The translations under genes and the position numbers were made by a program. The notes under the pieces were generated by a model, which did not search any database, was not told the origin of the DNA, and saw nothing but the letters and a program-made list of their open reading frames with translations. A stretch of 64,000 nt of DNA from the human T2T-CHM13v2.0 reference genome, Homo sapiens: NCBI RefSeq assembly GCF_009914755.1, contig NC_060937.1; one strand, written 5' to 3'. The number at the start of each line of letters is the position of its first letter. The first letter of the stretch is position 1. Shown here piece by piece: positions 14,790 through 28,869 of the stretch.

Positions 14790-15810
14790 TAACAACATGT
14801 CTATTACACATTTTAAAATTTGCTATCATCCTTGCACCTCCCCTAAACCTGCTTCTCCCCAGTGTACCATCTCAGTCCTTGGCACAGCCATCCATCTCTA
14901 GTGGTTCGGACCAACTGAATCATCTGGGAACCATCCTGGATTGCTTCTTCCCTTATTGTCCTCATCCTTGGTTCTCTTTTGCATTAAGCCACCTCTCAGG
15001 ACCTCCAAAGCTAGCATAGAACAAAGTACTACTACTAGTCTTCCTGCTTTCATTCTTGCCACTCTATATTCTCATCTAACAGGTGAAGTGGTATTTCAGA
15101 AATAGAAATCAGACGTCACCTCCCGTAAAAAGCCTTCAAAAGGCTTCACATCATACTTGGAATATAAAAATATATTTATTGTAGCCTAAAGAGCCATTCA
15201 ATATTTGGCCTCTGCCTACCCTCTAAACCTAGCTATTACTCTATTCCCCGCTATGTAAGCTCCAGCCATGCCAGCCTTCCTGTTGCTTCCAAACATATAG
15301 AGAGCATGTCCCTTTCCTTGCCATTTCCTCAAAAAATATTTATTGTAGCCTAAAGAGCCATTCAATATTTGGCCCCTGCCTACCTCTCTAAACCTAGCTA
15401 TTACTCTATTCCTCCCTATGTAAGCTCCAGCCATGCTAGCCTTCCTGTTGCTTCCAAATATATAGAGAGCATGTCCCTTTCCTTGCCATTTCCTCTGCCT
15501 AGATATTTGTGTAATTAACTCCATTATTCAGGTCTCTGCTTAAATGTTACCTCCTCAGACGAAAACTTAGGTAGAATATGCTTTCTCTGCCTTAAGTTAG
15601 TCTCCACTCCCTTACTCTGTTTTGTCTTCATAGTAGGTAGCACCCTACTATCTACTACAATAGTAGTAGGTAGTACTACTATAAAATATCATTTATTTAT
15701 TTTCCATGATTATTATCTGTCACTCAGTACAAAGACATAAGCTTTCTATTGTTCCTGCTGTACTCCCAACACCCAGTAACAGTTATTTGGCATAGAGTGG
15801 GCACTCATTA
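14790..15810 (+). mobile_element. L2 element containing an internal tandem duplication
   Basis: aaacctgcttctccccagtg, tctgggaaccatcctggattgcttc, ttcaggtctctgcttaaatgttacctcctcaga. Confidence 0.7.
15166..15495. repeat. Direct tandem duplication, 2 x ~165 bp
   Basis: tatttattgtagcctaaagagcc...ccttgccatttcctc at 15166-15330 and 15331-15495, with only a handful of differences. Confidence 0.95.
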
Positions 15811-15910
15811 ATTACCTGATATCAAAAGAAAAATGCTTACAATGACTACAATTATGCAATTAAAAAAATACATAGAAAGAAATATATTATTATTTTGGCA
15901 ATACAGATGA

Positions 15911-16441
<531 letters not shown>

Positions 16442-18221
16442 TAAAAAAGAAAGGAAACACATTATTCAGAGATATGAAAAGATGAGTGACATTTGAGCGG
16501 CTTACTCTTATTGCTAGTAAGAGCATGAAAAGGGGCAAATAAACTATCACATCAGGAAGGATTCAGAATGTATATTTAGGGAAGACTTCCTAATTTCTTG
16601 ACTAAGATTTCTGCATCATTGAAAGATATCACCAAGGATGACTTTGGAACTTCTCTAGAGATGTTCCTTTCAAAGAATAAGCAAAGTAGCTTTAATACAT
16701 TACTGCCTAAAGGCAAGACTGCTACATGATGTCTCATGGTTCTTTTCAGACTCTTTGATTACACCACTCACTTGACTTCACACTCTGAATATTCCTGATC
16801 CTAGTGACAAAAGTTATAGTATATTTAAGTCCCAAAAGTTCATCATCATTCTAAGTTCAAACTAAGTAATTCCTAGTAAGGAATTTCCAATGTGAGAATG
16901 TTATAGCCTCCAAGCCTTTCAGAACCTGTTAAGTAAAATCCCCAGAGTTTAAAAAAAAAAAAAAATCAGAATTTTTAACAAGGGTGCCAGTTCAAAGCTG
17001 GAAACTAAAATTTCATGAATATAAATGTGCACCCTCCCACAGAAAAAAATACGACTGTCACTGAAAAATATTATCTATGTAACGAGAATTGTTCATTAAT
17101 TTTCAAATGTAGATGACAGGTTATCCCTAAAAAAAATTACATATATGCCTTTTTTACCCTTTGTTAATTAAATTGTGAAGGCATTACAAAAGTTCACAAA
17201 AAGCATTTCTATAAAATGAAAGCATTTAATGACATGAATAACAGCTTTCTATCTATTTCACACACCTGTGTAAGGTTAATCCCTTTTTGTCTGTGAATTT
17301 TGCAGATTTCCAAAATCCATAGAATTTTAGAAAAAATGCACCTAAAATATTAATTAGAACTTACATTTTCTCTTATGTAGCTGGCTATGACGAATCTCAT
17401 TAGCGCACCAACTGTGTCTGCAGATTATGTCACAGGCCCTTATCATAAGTAAAATAGTGGAATGCTAGACTTGCACATTTTAATATCAAATACAGAATTT
17501 GATATTAAAATTATTTTAATACAATTCTCAGGTGAGAACTGAAATGCTCCATGAAACCAAAAATGCCGTGTCTGTACTGACTACTGAATGCCAAAAGCAT
17601 GGAACGATACTTGGTACACAGTAGGCACGCAATACATACCTATATGAAATTAATCCACCTGTTAGCCAATTCTATATTAAATGAGTTCTGAGTTGATTAC
17701 ATATTGTATTTCAAGATTTTCCTTGATGTTCACTTGGCATAGTACCTACCTAATCTGATGTATAAGTGAAACAGAAGCTGGATAAGACCTCACTATCTGT
17801 TTCCTTTAATCTATCAATCTCTTTGCCTCTGGGAAAAATTGCACTTAACCAAGCATACCTCATCAAATACACAGAGATGATTCTCAAGACTGTTTTTGCA
17901 AAAAATAATGCTATGGTACTTCTAAATCATTGGCAATCTTTGTAGATAAGAAAATTAGTTTAACAACTTCAAATAATAGCATTTTCTATACAAGTAGAAA
18001 AAATATTACCATTCCTTGTCATGTCCAATAGTAACCCACATTCTATTCAAATGAAGATCATAGACCATTAGCAATAAATGTACTATTAAAAGCATATATG
18101 CCTAATTCCTAATATTAACTTGTGAAATAAAAACAAACATGGAGCTTTTGAATGTACACTTTTAAAACATTCAGATAAAATCTGCTTTAAGTTACCAAAT
18201 TACTGCCAGCAAAAAACTTAC

Positions 18222-18405
18222 CGCCTGTCACTTCACACATTGGTGTGATTGCAGAGTCATCTAAAGGCACACCTGTCAACTGTTCTGATTCTACTGACAT
18301 GGTGCCAGGCAACCGCAACACTAATGCAAAGAGTCTCTGATCCCAACGAAAAGGTTCCTTGGTCAATTCACTTCCAGGCAAAGGAGAATTAAGAGGTAAA
18401 TGAAG
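18222..18405 (-). CDS. INTS6: INTS6 coding exon 5 (184 nt, phase 0-1): LHLPLNSPLPGSELTKEPFRWDQRLFALVLRLPGTMSVESEQLTGVPLDDSAITPMCEVTG(G)
   Basis: Acceptor ccccctactttcag|CTT, donor GGCG|gtaagt; overlaps track ORF 18187..18381. Confidence 0.97.
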
Positions 18406-18704
18406 CTGAAAGTAGGGGGGAAAAACAGTAATAAGAATTCCACAGACTATTTTTTCAAAAAGCCTACTTTAATTACACTTACGTTAGAACTGCATCAACT
18501 CTCCTATCACTTGAAAAACAAGCTCAAATATAAAAGCTTACTTGTTCAGACATAGCTAAAACAGCACATGATACTGTTTAATTTTCTTAAACTTACTTTG
18601 AAGATATAGACTGAAAAAAATCTGTATTGTTGGAATGAATTTCAGATTTAGACTCAATTAATTACTGGGTGCTGAATTGCTTCCAAATAAATAATTTCAT
18701 TTAA

Positions 18705-19017
<313 letters not shown>

Positions 19018-19439
19018 CTTATTATTTTCTAAATGTAAAAAAAAATAGACCTCAAAAAAATGATTTGGCCTCCTGTGTCCAGAGTCAGTACTTTTTTATT
19101 ACACCACAGCAATCTCAAACATCTTTACAGCTCTTAATATTTTAAAATATGCTTCATTTTATATAAGATAAACAATCTCAAAGCATTTGTAGAAGAGTAA
19201 ATTTTTGTCACTCTAATTACATTTTAAATGTAGTGATTCTTACCACATCTGAGTAAATGTAGAGAGGTTTGGGGGTTTTTGTATGTGTTGCATGTTTTAT
19301 TAATAATAGATGTTTCTTCCCTTACACCTGCTAAGTTAGAATCTTTTCTGAGATTCTTAAGCATCTTAAAAAGTTTTAAATGACTATAATGGGCCCTTCT
19401 ATACCAACAGAGTAACAGTGTACAAACAGAATCCACATA

Positions 19440-19900
19440 TTCATCTCAGTATCACTCAATGAGGATGACCAGACACTATGTTTCTCATGACATGATGCAA
19501 TACCACAACATCAACTATAAAGGATTCTTACCAAAAAAAAGAGGAAGAAAGAAAAGATTCGACCTGAATTGAATCAAGCCTTCGGTTCTAACTACCAGTT
19601 TGCAGGGAATAGTGGGGATATAGGATCAAGTTAAACACCAGCACAAGAGAGCAATCAGTCAAATCCAGAATGTGGAACATTATACAGGACAAATGACCTG
19701 GTTTCTCCAATAAATCAGTGGCATAAAAAAGCAAAGGGAAGGGAATCTGAGGAGTTAAAACTGTTATAAAAGAGGCAAAAGCGAAGATTTTTGAGACAAT
19801 CAGGAAATTTCAAGATTATATTACTGGAATTGTTAATACTCTTTTAAGTGTGATAATGGTATTTAAGTATATGGTGCTTAGGAAAACCAAAATCCTTACC
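19440..19900 (+). mobile_element. Old L1 3' end (L1MC/L1ME-like)
   Basis: gcaatcagtcaaatccagaatgtggaacattatacaggacaaatgacctggtttctcc. Confidence 0.6.
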
Positions 19901-22133
19901 ACTTACAAATTTTTTAAAAATAAAATCAAGACTCAGTTTAGGGCTTTTTTCTACAAATACTGGAGTATATTTTTATACAAAACATGCTTTAAAATGATCA
20001 CTTCTAAATTAATTGTCATTTTTTATACTAATTTCTTCACAAAGCAAGACCTAATTGTATTGTGTACAGCCTTTCTAAATCTCACACAGAGAAGACTTCC
20101 AAACTTGATGGGGGTTGAAGTCATTCTACACTAAAATAGACTCAAGTTTCTTCATTGACTTACATCAAACCATTAAAAAAAGAAATCCAATTCTATTCTA
20201 GGAAGAGTTTTCCTAGTGAAGCTATGTTATACTGGCACCTCTCTTCAAAAGATTCATGCCATGAGAATATGCTGCAAGACTCCTTCATCAAGATCAGCCA
20301 AGATTTTGTGACTCTGGACAGAAGTCATGAGTTCTTTCTCTGGCACGTAAGGCAGAAGGCAGAAGCAACAGAGAAGGAATGCTGAAGAAATCTGGGCCAG
20401 CATATTCTCGAGGAAGGTTTCCCAGCCTCACAGGCTCTGTGACAATTGTAAACAGCTCAGGAGCTCCAGGCCCTTGCTGCTATTACCACACCCTGACAGA
20501 AGATAAATAAGCAAGCACTACTTACATCATCTCCTTTTACCCTTTAAACCACCTTTAAAGTATTTGGGAAACACAGCTACCAAGTACTTGGTCATTTTCT
20601 CTCTAATATCACAAAAATGTCAAAGCACCAGTGGTACTGCGTGAAGTTTCAACTGTTAATGCAGTTGCTTTGCAGAATAATGGATAGATACATGGAACTG
20701 TCTTGAGAATGTGGGGGAAAACAGGCACTGCGCGGACCACACACACACACACACATGCACACACACAAACTAATCATGTAATGATGAGCATCTGCAACGC
20801 AGACAATATAAAATGAAATAAATGGCCTTTGGCTGTACAATGCTGAATCTAGAATGAATTTCAAATGTAAAAAAAAACCCCAGCAAGGTTCACAAGCATA
20901 TTCTAAGCATTTTACACATAGCTATATCAATTTTATAAACTTTAGGCAAATTTTTATTTATTTTTCTATTGCTTCTCATTTCTCCCTCTGCAAATCACCA
21001 CCAACCTCCCAAAACCAAAAAAGGGGAAAATCCGCTATAGTTTAAATGAATTAGTAAAATAAGGAGTAATGGCAGGCAAATAGAAACAGGAAAAAGATTA
21101 AAATCTGAAGGAAAAATCTCAGGAGGATTGACTTACTCCAGGTTTAAAGTTTACAGGTGAAATTCCAGTAATGTCTTAAAAATCAAAGGGGGTGGGGAGG
21201 TCTTCCTGAATATATGGACTTTGAGAATCAAGGAAAATTGCACATAAATGAAGAAAAATATAAAGTTAGTCACTAGAAAAATATGCAATAAAAATAGACA
21301 ATTCCCAAAAGCAAAAAATGGGCAATAGATAAGGATACCTAAAAGGAAATCCATATGACCTATAAACATGTAGGAAGATGATGAAATACACTAGTTAACA
21401 GATAACACAAATTAAAATATTGATATCATTTCACAATAAGATTAGCAAAAATTTTTTAAATTTGACAATACCAAGTGATGACAAGAATATAAAGCAATAG
21501 GAACTCTCCAATACTTCTGGTGAGCCTATAATTATACTACCATTTGGAGAACAATTGGATAGTATCTGATAAAGCTAAACATGAGCATACCCTAAAACTC
21601 AACAATGCCAACTCCTAGAAGAACTCTCATATTATTTGTATAAGATGTTTAAAAAAAAAAAAAAAAGCAATTGACTACAGCATTATTTGAAACAGAGGAA
21701 AACGGGAAACAATTTAGAAGTCCAATAAGGGAATCAATAAATAAGCTGCAGTCTGTTCACACACCACATCTGAAATGAATAAACTAGAACTCTTAACATC
21801 CAACATGGATAGATCTCAAAACAATGTTTTTTGGGTAATATAACATACATACATATAAGAACATATATCCAGAAAGCACAGCCTAACAAATTTTCACAAG
21901 TTGAATGCCTTTGTGTAACTAAAATTTGTATCAAGAAAGATAACTTTACTAACTTATGCCCCTCCCCAACTGACTAGTTTTGCCTGATTTTGAACTTTAT
22001 AAAAATGGAGTATTGTCTCTTTGGTTTATGGCTTCTTTCATCATTGTAAAGGTAAGAATCACCTATACTGCTACATACAATGGTAGATCGTTCATTCCTA
22101 TTGCCATATTGTTTATCTGTATATCATAATTAG

Positions 22134-22346
22134 TTTTATTTTTTAGAGACAAGCTCTTGTTCTGTCACCCAGGCTGGAATGCAGTCACATGGTCATAGTT
22201 CACTGCACCCTCAAACTCCTAGACTCAAGAGATCTTCCTGCCTCAGCCTCCCAAGTAGGTAGGACTACAGGCACGTGCCACCACACTCAGCTCACTTTTT
22301 AATATTTTGTAGAGAAGGGATCTTCACCAGTCTGGCCTCAAACTCC
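22134..22346 (-). mobile_element. Truncated AluJ
   Basis: ggtcatagttcactgcaccctcaaactcctagactcaagagatcttcctgcc (J-type). Confidence 0.85.
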
Positions 22347-22625
22347 GTAATTATCCTTTTGAATTGTTTGGGTATGTTATGAATAGTGTAACTATGAAAT
22401 TACAGTACATGTATTTGTGGAAAATATATGTATGCATTTCTGTTGAGTATATACCTAGTTGTGGAATTGCTGGATATGAATATGTTTACTTTCATCAGAT
22501 ACTGCCAGTTTTCCAAAGTGGTTATACCAATTTATACTCCTACTAGCAGCGTATAACAGAACCAGTTGCTCTGTATCTCCTTCATCAACACTTAGTTTTG
22601 GCTGTCTTTTTCATGTTAGCCATTG

Positions 22626-22663
22626 TGGGTGTGTGTGTGTGTGCGTGTGTGTGCGTGTGTGTA
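22626..22663. repeat. Interrupted (GT)n microsatellite
   Basis: gtgtgtgtgtgtgtgcgtgtgtgtgcgtgtgtgt. Confidence 0.85.
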
Positions 22664-22853
22664 GTGGGGTGGGGTTTTAATTTCCCTGATGTTTATGGAA
22701 GTGGAATACCTTTTCATACGCTTATTGGCCATTTCAACGTGCTCTTTTGTGAAGTGACTATTAAAGTCTTCTGCTTATTATTTTTAATTGGGTTGTCTAG
22801 CTTTCTCTTATTGATTTGGAGGATTGTTAATCTATTCCAGATGTCTTTTATTG

Positions 22854-23175
22854 CAGGGATCCCCAAGTCTGTGGCCTGTTAAGGAATGGGGCCACACAGC
22901 AGGAAGTGAGCAGTGGGCAAGCAAGCATTACTGCCTGAGCTCCACCTCCTGTCAGATCAGCAGTGGCATTAGATTCTCATAGGAGCATGAACCCTATTGT
23001 GAACTGCACATGCAAGGAATCTAGGTTGTGCGCTCCTTATTTGAGAATCTAAATAATGCCTGATAATCTGAGGTGGAACAGTTTCATTCCAAAACCATAC
23101 CCACCCATGTCCACAGAAGAACTGTCTTTCTTCCAGGAAACCAGTCCCTGGTGCCAAAAAGGTTGGGGACAGCTG
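22854..23175 (+). mobile_element. MER1B hAT-Charlie DNA transposon
   Basis: cagggatcccca...tgggggacagctg-type terminal repeats, body gagctccacctcctgtcagatcagc, 8-bp TSD (t/c)tttattg. Confidence 0.9.
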
Positions 23176-24509
23176 CTTTATTGGATACATTATAGTATTG
23201 CAAATATCTTCTACTCTGTTACCTCTTCCATTATTTTAGTGGTATCTTTTGATAAACAGAAGTTATCTAAATATATTTTTCCTTTCACAGTTAGTGCTTT
23301 TTGTTTCCTCATAGATAATGAAGATGCTCTCCCATGTTTTCTTCTAAAAGCTTATTATTTTCCCACTTAAAATCAAACCTGAAATACATCTGAAATTGAG
23401 TTTGGAGTATGGTCCAAAATAGGGGCAAAGATACATTTTTTTTCCCAAATGGATATCCAATTGATACAGGCCATCCTTTCTATGCTGCACTAGAATGTCA
23501 CCTCTTTCTTATATCGGGTGACTGTACACGTGGTAGTCTATTTCTGTGTCAAAAACAGTATTACATGGAAGGAAAAAAAGGCAAGATGCAAAATGATGCA
23601 CAGAATAGCATCTCTACACATTGTTAAAAGTAAACAATGTTTAGAATAGTTTTAGATATGTGTAGTAAAAATAAGAAAATGTGGACTAAATGACTATAAA
23701 TCAAATTTGCAATTGTTGATTACGGGAAGGGAAAGAGGGAGGAAAGTGACACTGAGTAGGGGAACAAGGGAGACTACACACTATCAATCTGCAATGTTCT
23801 GTTTCACTTATTAAATTTTTTAAAATCCAAAACAAAAAGAACAAGGCAAATATGGCAGAAACTTTTATATTCCTTATTCTTATCCAAAGTACTGAAACAT
23901 ATTAATATGAAGATAATTGTCAAAAGCCAGTAAATTATTCAAGTAGTTATCTGTACCTCTTTTCCAATAATGTCATTATTTTATACAAAACCAAAGACAA
24001 GAAAACTTCCTATATGCCTCAACTGAACAAGAGAAAGATTAAGTACAGTAATTACTAACTCCAAAGCTCAGACATTTGTAAGGACCCCTAACAAAGAGTT
24101 ATTCTTGATCAGCCATTAAAATACACTGCAAGAAGGTAGACTACTTCCTGAAAACTATATATGCATTCACTCATCATTTTTTATGTACCTACCAAATATT
24201 AGGTATGTTTAGGCTCTGAGGATTTAAAGATAAATAATAAAATACACCCAGTACTTTAAGAGTTCTAAACAGAAGGATCATGTTCCTGAAGGAATCTGTT
24301 TCAGAGCTGTATTTAACAGAAAGAAGAAAACTGAGAATCACAGTACTAGCTAACAAGATATTTAATAGGATTTTTATTTCTGAACACTGGATGGGATAAG
24401 AGTTTCATAAGAGCTGTTTTCTGAGAGTTAATCCCAAGAAACTCTAGTATGAGTATTCAAATGGAAGTGTCTGAACTAATGATGCTTTAAAAAATATAGC
24501 CATTAATAA

Positions 24510-24760
24510 CAATAATACTTTTATAGTGGTTACTATTAGAAGGCGCAAGTTATTCTAAACCCGTTATATATATTAATTCATTTAACCCACAAAATAAACA
24601 TATGAGATAGGCACTATTATAGTCCTCATTTACAAACAACAAACAGAGAGCTTCAGGACTTGTCTGAAGGTACACAGTAAGTGGTGAGGAGACAGAATTC
24701 AAACCCAGGTAAGTCTGGCTCTTAAACACTGTGCTCTTAAACACTGTATTATACTGCCTA
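24510..24760. mobile_element. MIR SINE
   Basis: attaattcatttaacccac...tgagataggcactattatagtcctcattt...gaattcaaacccaggt. Confidence 0.7.
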
Positions 24761-26222
24761 ACCAGGAGTGGAAATATAATCTGCATTTTTAAAAAATCAA
24801 ATGTTGAATTAATATTAAAAAAACTAATTGTATTCAATGAAAAAAGAAAACCTTAATTATAAAAATAACTACTTTTAGAAAAAAAATTTAAATTAATTTC
24901 TGTATCAATCTAGTGATTTTAAGTCCTTAATTAATACATCTTATAAACACTGTAGGTTATTTTTATAATGCACGGTCCTATGCTTTTCCCCTAGTTACTC
25001 TTCATACAAAGGAGTGGCAATATATTTTTCTCCCTCTTGCTTTTCCCTTCCATTTCTTAAAACATGGGCAATAACAATAAACAACAATAGCTAGCATATT
25101 CTGAACACTTACTATGTGCCAAGCACCATTCCATGAGCTTTACATACAGTATTTACAACAAGCAAATGGGATAGATACTATTATTATCCCCTTTTCAGAG
25201 ATGAACTGTAATATAAGATTGTATGTTAGGAGACATCTGTTTGGAGAACACACTCAAGTAACCCATGCTATATCATCAAGTCTGGAACATCTAGGGAGGG
25301 AGGACTGCAATTTTAAGAACTGAATAAACCATGTGTGATTCAATAATATAGTAATTTTCCCATAACCATGATATTGTGGGCCTTTATTAGAATCTTATAA
25401 AATTATACTGGGCAAAGTTTCAGTCTAATGGACTAATAAGCAGAGAAAATTATTGTTTACATTCAGTTTATTTTTTGCTTGAATACAAGTGAGGTTTTCC
25501 ATATTGTTATTTTAAATGATTAATTTTAGTAATATCGCCAACCCAAATATCTTACGTCATCATCTTCGTAGCCAACAGAAAAGGAAATGCAACTTCAATT
25601 TAAATTTGGGAAGACTGTCCTATTTTTCCTAGCTTCCCTTGGAGACTTTACTGCCCCTTCACCTTTGAGTCCATCTTCAACTTCTTACCAAAAGAAAAAG
25701 AATAAAACCTACTTCTCCATTGGTCTGAAAAACAAATGGCAGATTAGGCAGGTGACAGTTATCACCAGGTATGCTCAATTTTATGTACTTATAAAAGTGC
25801 AATTTCCTCTTTGTGACTTTTCTAAAATTAGACTAAAGCTCAACTTAAATTTTAATTATTTAGTTATTCATGGAGCACCTACCATAAACACAGCACGATT
25901 TCAGGATTTAATGTAGATAAACTACACCAAATAAACAAGATTTGAGATCACCTTTTAGCTAGCTCATTGTAAGAAAAGCTATTATAAAACCTCAGATAAC
26001 CAAAATTCTCATACATTATTACTTATTTTTTAAACTGTAGAATGTAAAAAATAGAAACCAACAAACAGTAAAAAAAGATAAAAGAAGTTTATTTTTAAAA
26101 CATCTTCAACTCAGGAATCTAAACAGATGTCTCCTAGCATACAACCTAATTGGCTGGATGAGGATCAAACCTGAGCCCACCATGAGTCAGGACTGATCTG
26201 TACCAACACAAGATTTCCCCTT

Positions 26223-26613
<391 letters not shown>

Positions 26614-26871
26614 TCAAATTATATGTATTCTCATAATCATGCTTCCCACTTAAGTTTTAATGACCTATTTACTTCGCAGCCTATCCCACGAGTTTGGAAA
26701 AGGGAAAGGAGAAGGATCTGATTCTTTTGTTTCCCCCACAGTATTTGTCATATGAAATAATAAATGAGGTTCCACTCATGCGGTCTAAGCAAAGTAAAAG
26801 AGATGCAAAGCTAGAGTTATAATCAGATCACAAGCACCTCTCAGTGTCCTGCCAATAAAAATTGTGCTCCT

Positions 26872-27255
<384 letters not shown>

Positions 27256-28579
27256 ACTGTGCTCCCTCCACCCCAACACACATAGATACAAAGTTTCCAT
27301 GCTAATGTAAGTCACGAGTCACAGAACCAGTCTTATCTCCAAGAGCTGGAAGTCTTATTCTTTCCCTGTGTGTGTAACCAGTTCATCTCTATGGCCCTTG
27401 TACGTGCCCATACATAGAGAATACAAACACATGAGCTGCAAAGCCTACCTGACACCTTGAACAAGGTGTGGAAAAACACATATTCCATAAGCTGGCACCA
27501 TAACAAACACTCCATCCAGCTCAATGTATAAGATGTATACTGAGAATTTACATATGTACATACTTCCACTGAGGCCCACATGAAACATAACCTCATATAT
27601 TCATTCTTGCCTTATTAAGAGATATAAAAAACTTGACCATATATTATTTCTTGTAATTTTTAACTTCATATACCAAATCATAACTTTTCTTTACCGTTTA
27701 CTGCAGTGGCCTAGTACCAATGAACTCAGCACAGTATCAAAGAAATAATTAGGTCATGATAAATATACACATTTTATTGTCAACATGTGGGGACTTTTAA
27801 AAAAAATTAAAATAGGGATCAGAAATCAAGCTATAACTCAGGATTTATTTAATGAAAGGCAACACATTACACATTGTAATCTACTTTCAAAAACATGTAA
27901 GTAAACAATTATGTGTTATGATATGTACAACAATAAAAATATGCATAAAGTACAAAAGAATAAATGATTAGGGGACAAACCAGGGAAGACTTCTCAGAGG
28001 AAGTAGCATCTGAGCAAGTGTGAAGAATAATAAGTTTACTGAGAATCCAGAACCTCATGCAAGTTAGGGAGTAATGAAGAGTGAAGATCATGATCAAACA
28101 CATAGGAGACAAGAAATAATAATAATAAATACTGGGATGAAAACTAAATTAAACTTCAGAACTGGTGGAGAATACAGTGCAAAGGAGGAGAGAAAGATTT
28201 TTAAGAAAGCCTTTAATCCTTTAAGGATGGGTTGGATTTTAATATAGGGAGATAGAGAAATAACGTCCAGGGAAAAGGAGTACATGAGGAAAGAAAGAGG
28301 AAGTGTTCAGGAAATCAGCAGCCCAGTTGAGGTCAAGCTTAAAGAAAATGCAGAGGAATAATTAGGAAATTTTCTTCGTTCCCCAGTCCTCTCAATGTAT
28401 CTGTCTTTTGGAGTTATACTTAGCCTATCAATTCTTGGATTTCCCTACTGTTAATTTTTTTTTCATAAACAACTCTTACACTAAGTCATCAATGGGTTTT
28501 TGTTTTGTTTTGGCTTGGTTACTCTGGTAGATGGCACAGTACTCCGAAGCACTCAAAGGTATTCAGAGTCTAAGTCTTA

Positions 28580-28865
28580 CTAGGCCTAGCAGCCTTATTT
28601 CCACTTCCATGGAAGCTGGCTACCATGTAAAAAAGCTTGAATTATGCTACTAAATGATGGAGACAGAAGCCACAGAGATGAGAAGCAAGGTCCCCCAGAA
28701 AACTGGCAGCACCAAAGCCCCAGACATATAAATAAGACCATCTTGTACGTTCCAGTCCTGGATAAGCCTGGGGCTTATGTAACAAACTCACAAATTCTTA
28801 AGAAATAATAAACTGTTGTTTTAAGTCACTAAGTTTTGGGATGACTTGTTACACAGCAGCAGATC
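28580..28865 (+). mobile_element. MLT1-type MaLR LTR fragment
   Basis: 3' end aataataaactgttgttttaagtcactaagttttgggatgacttgttacacagcag. Confidence 0.65.
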
Positions 28866-28869
28866 TCTC

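Larger units (their letters stand above)
21290..23850. mobile_element. Mosaic of old L1M fragments: + orientation about 21290-21900 and 23570-23850, - orientation about 21950-23550
   Basis: tttgacaataccaagtgatgacaagaat...ggaactctc (+); tatacctagttgtggaattgctgg, ttttccaaagtggttataccaatttatactcc (-). Confidence 0.65.

Noticed and set aside
15216-15524. 102-aa ORF with an internal peptide repeat (RKWQGKGHALY twice)
   Set aside because: The repeat simply reflects the 165-bp DNA duplication in an L2.
26720-26745. Strong plus-strand acceptor ttcttttgtttcccccacag, hinting at an antisense exon
   Set aside because: It is an isolated motif with no convincing donor or other support; expected by chance in 64 kb.
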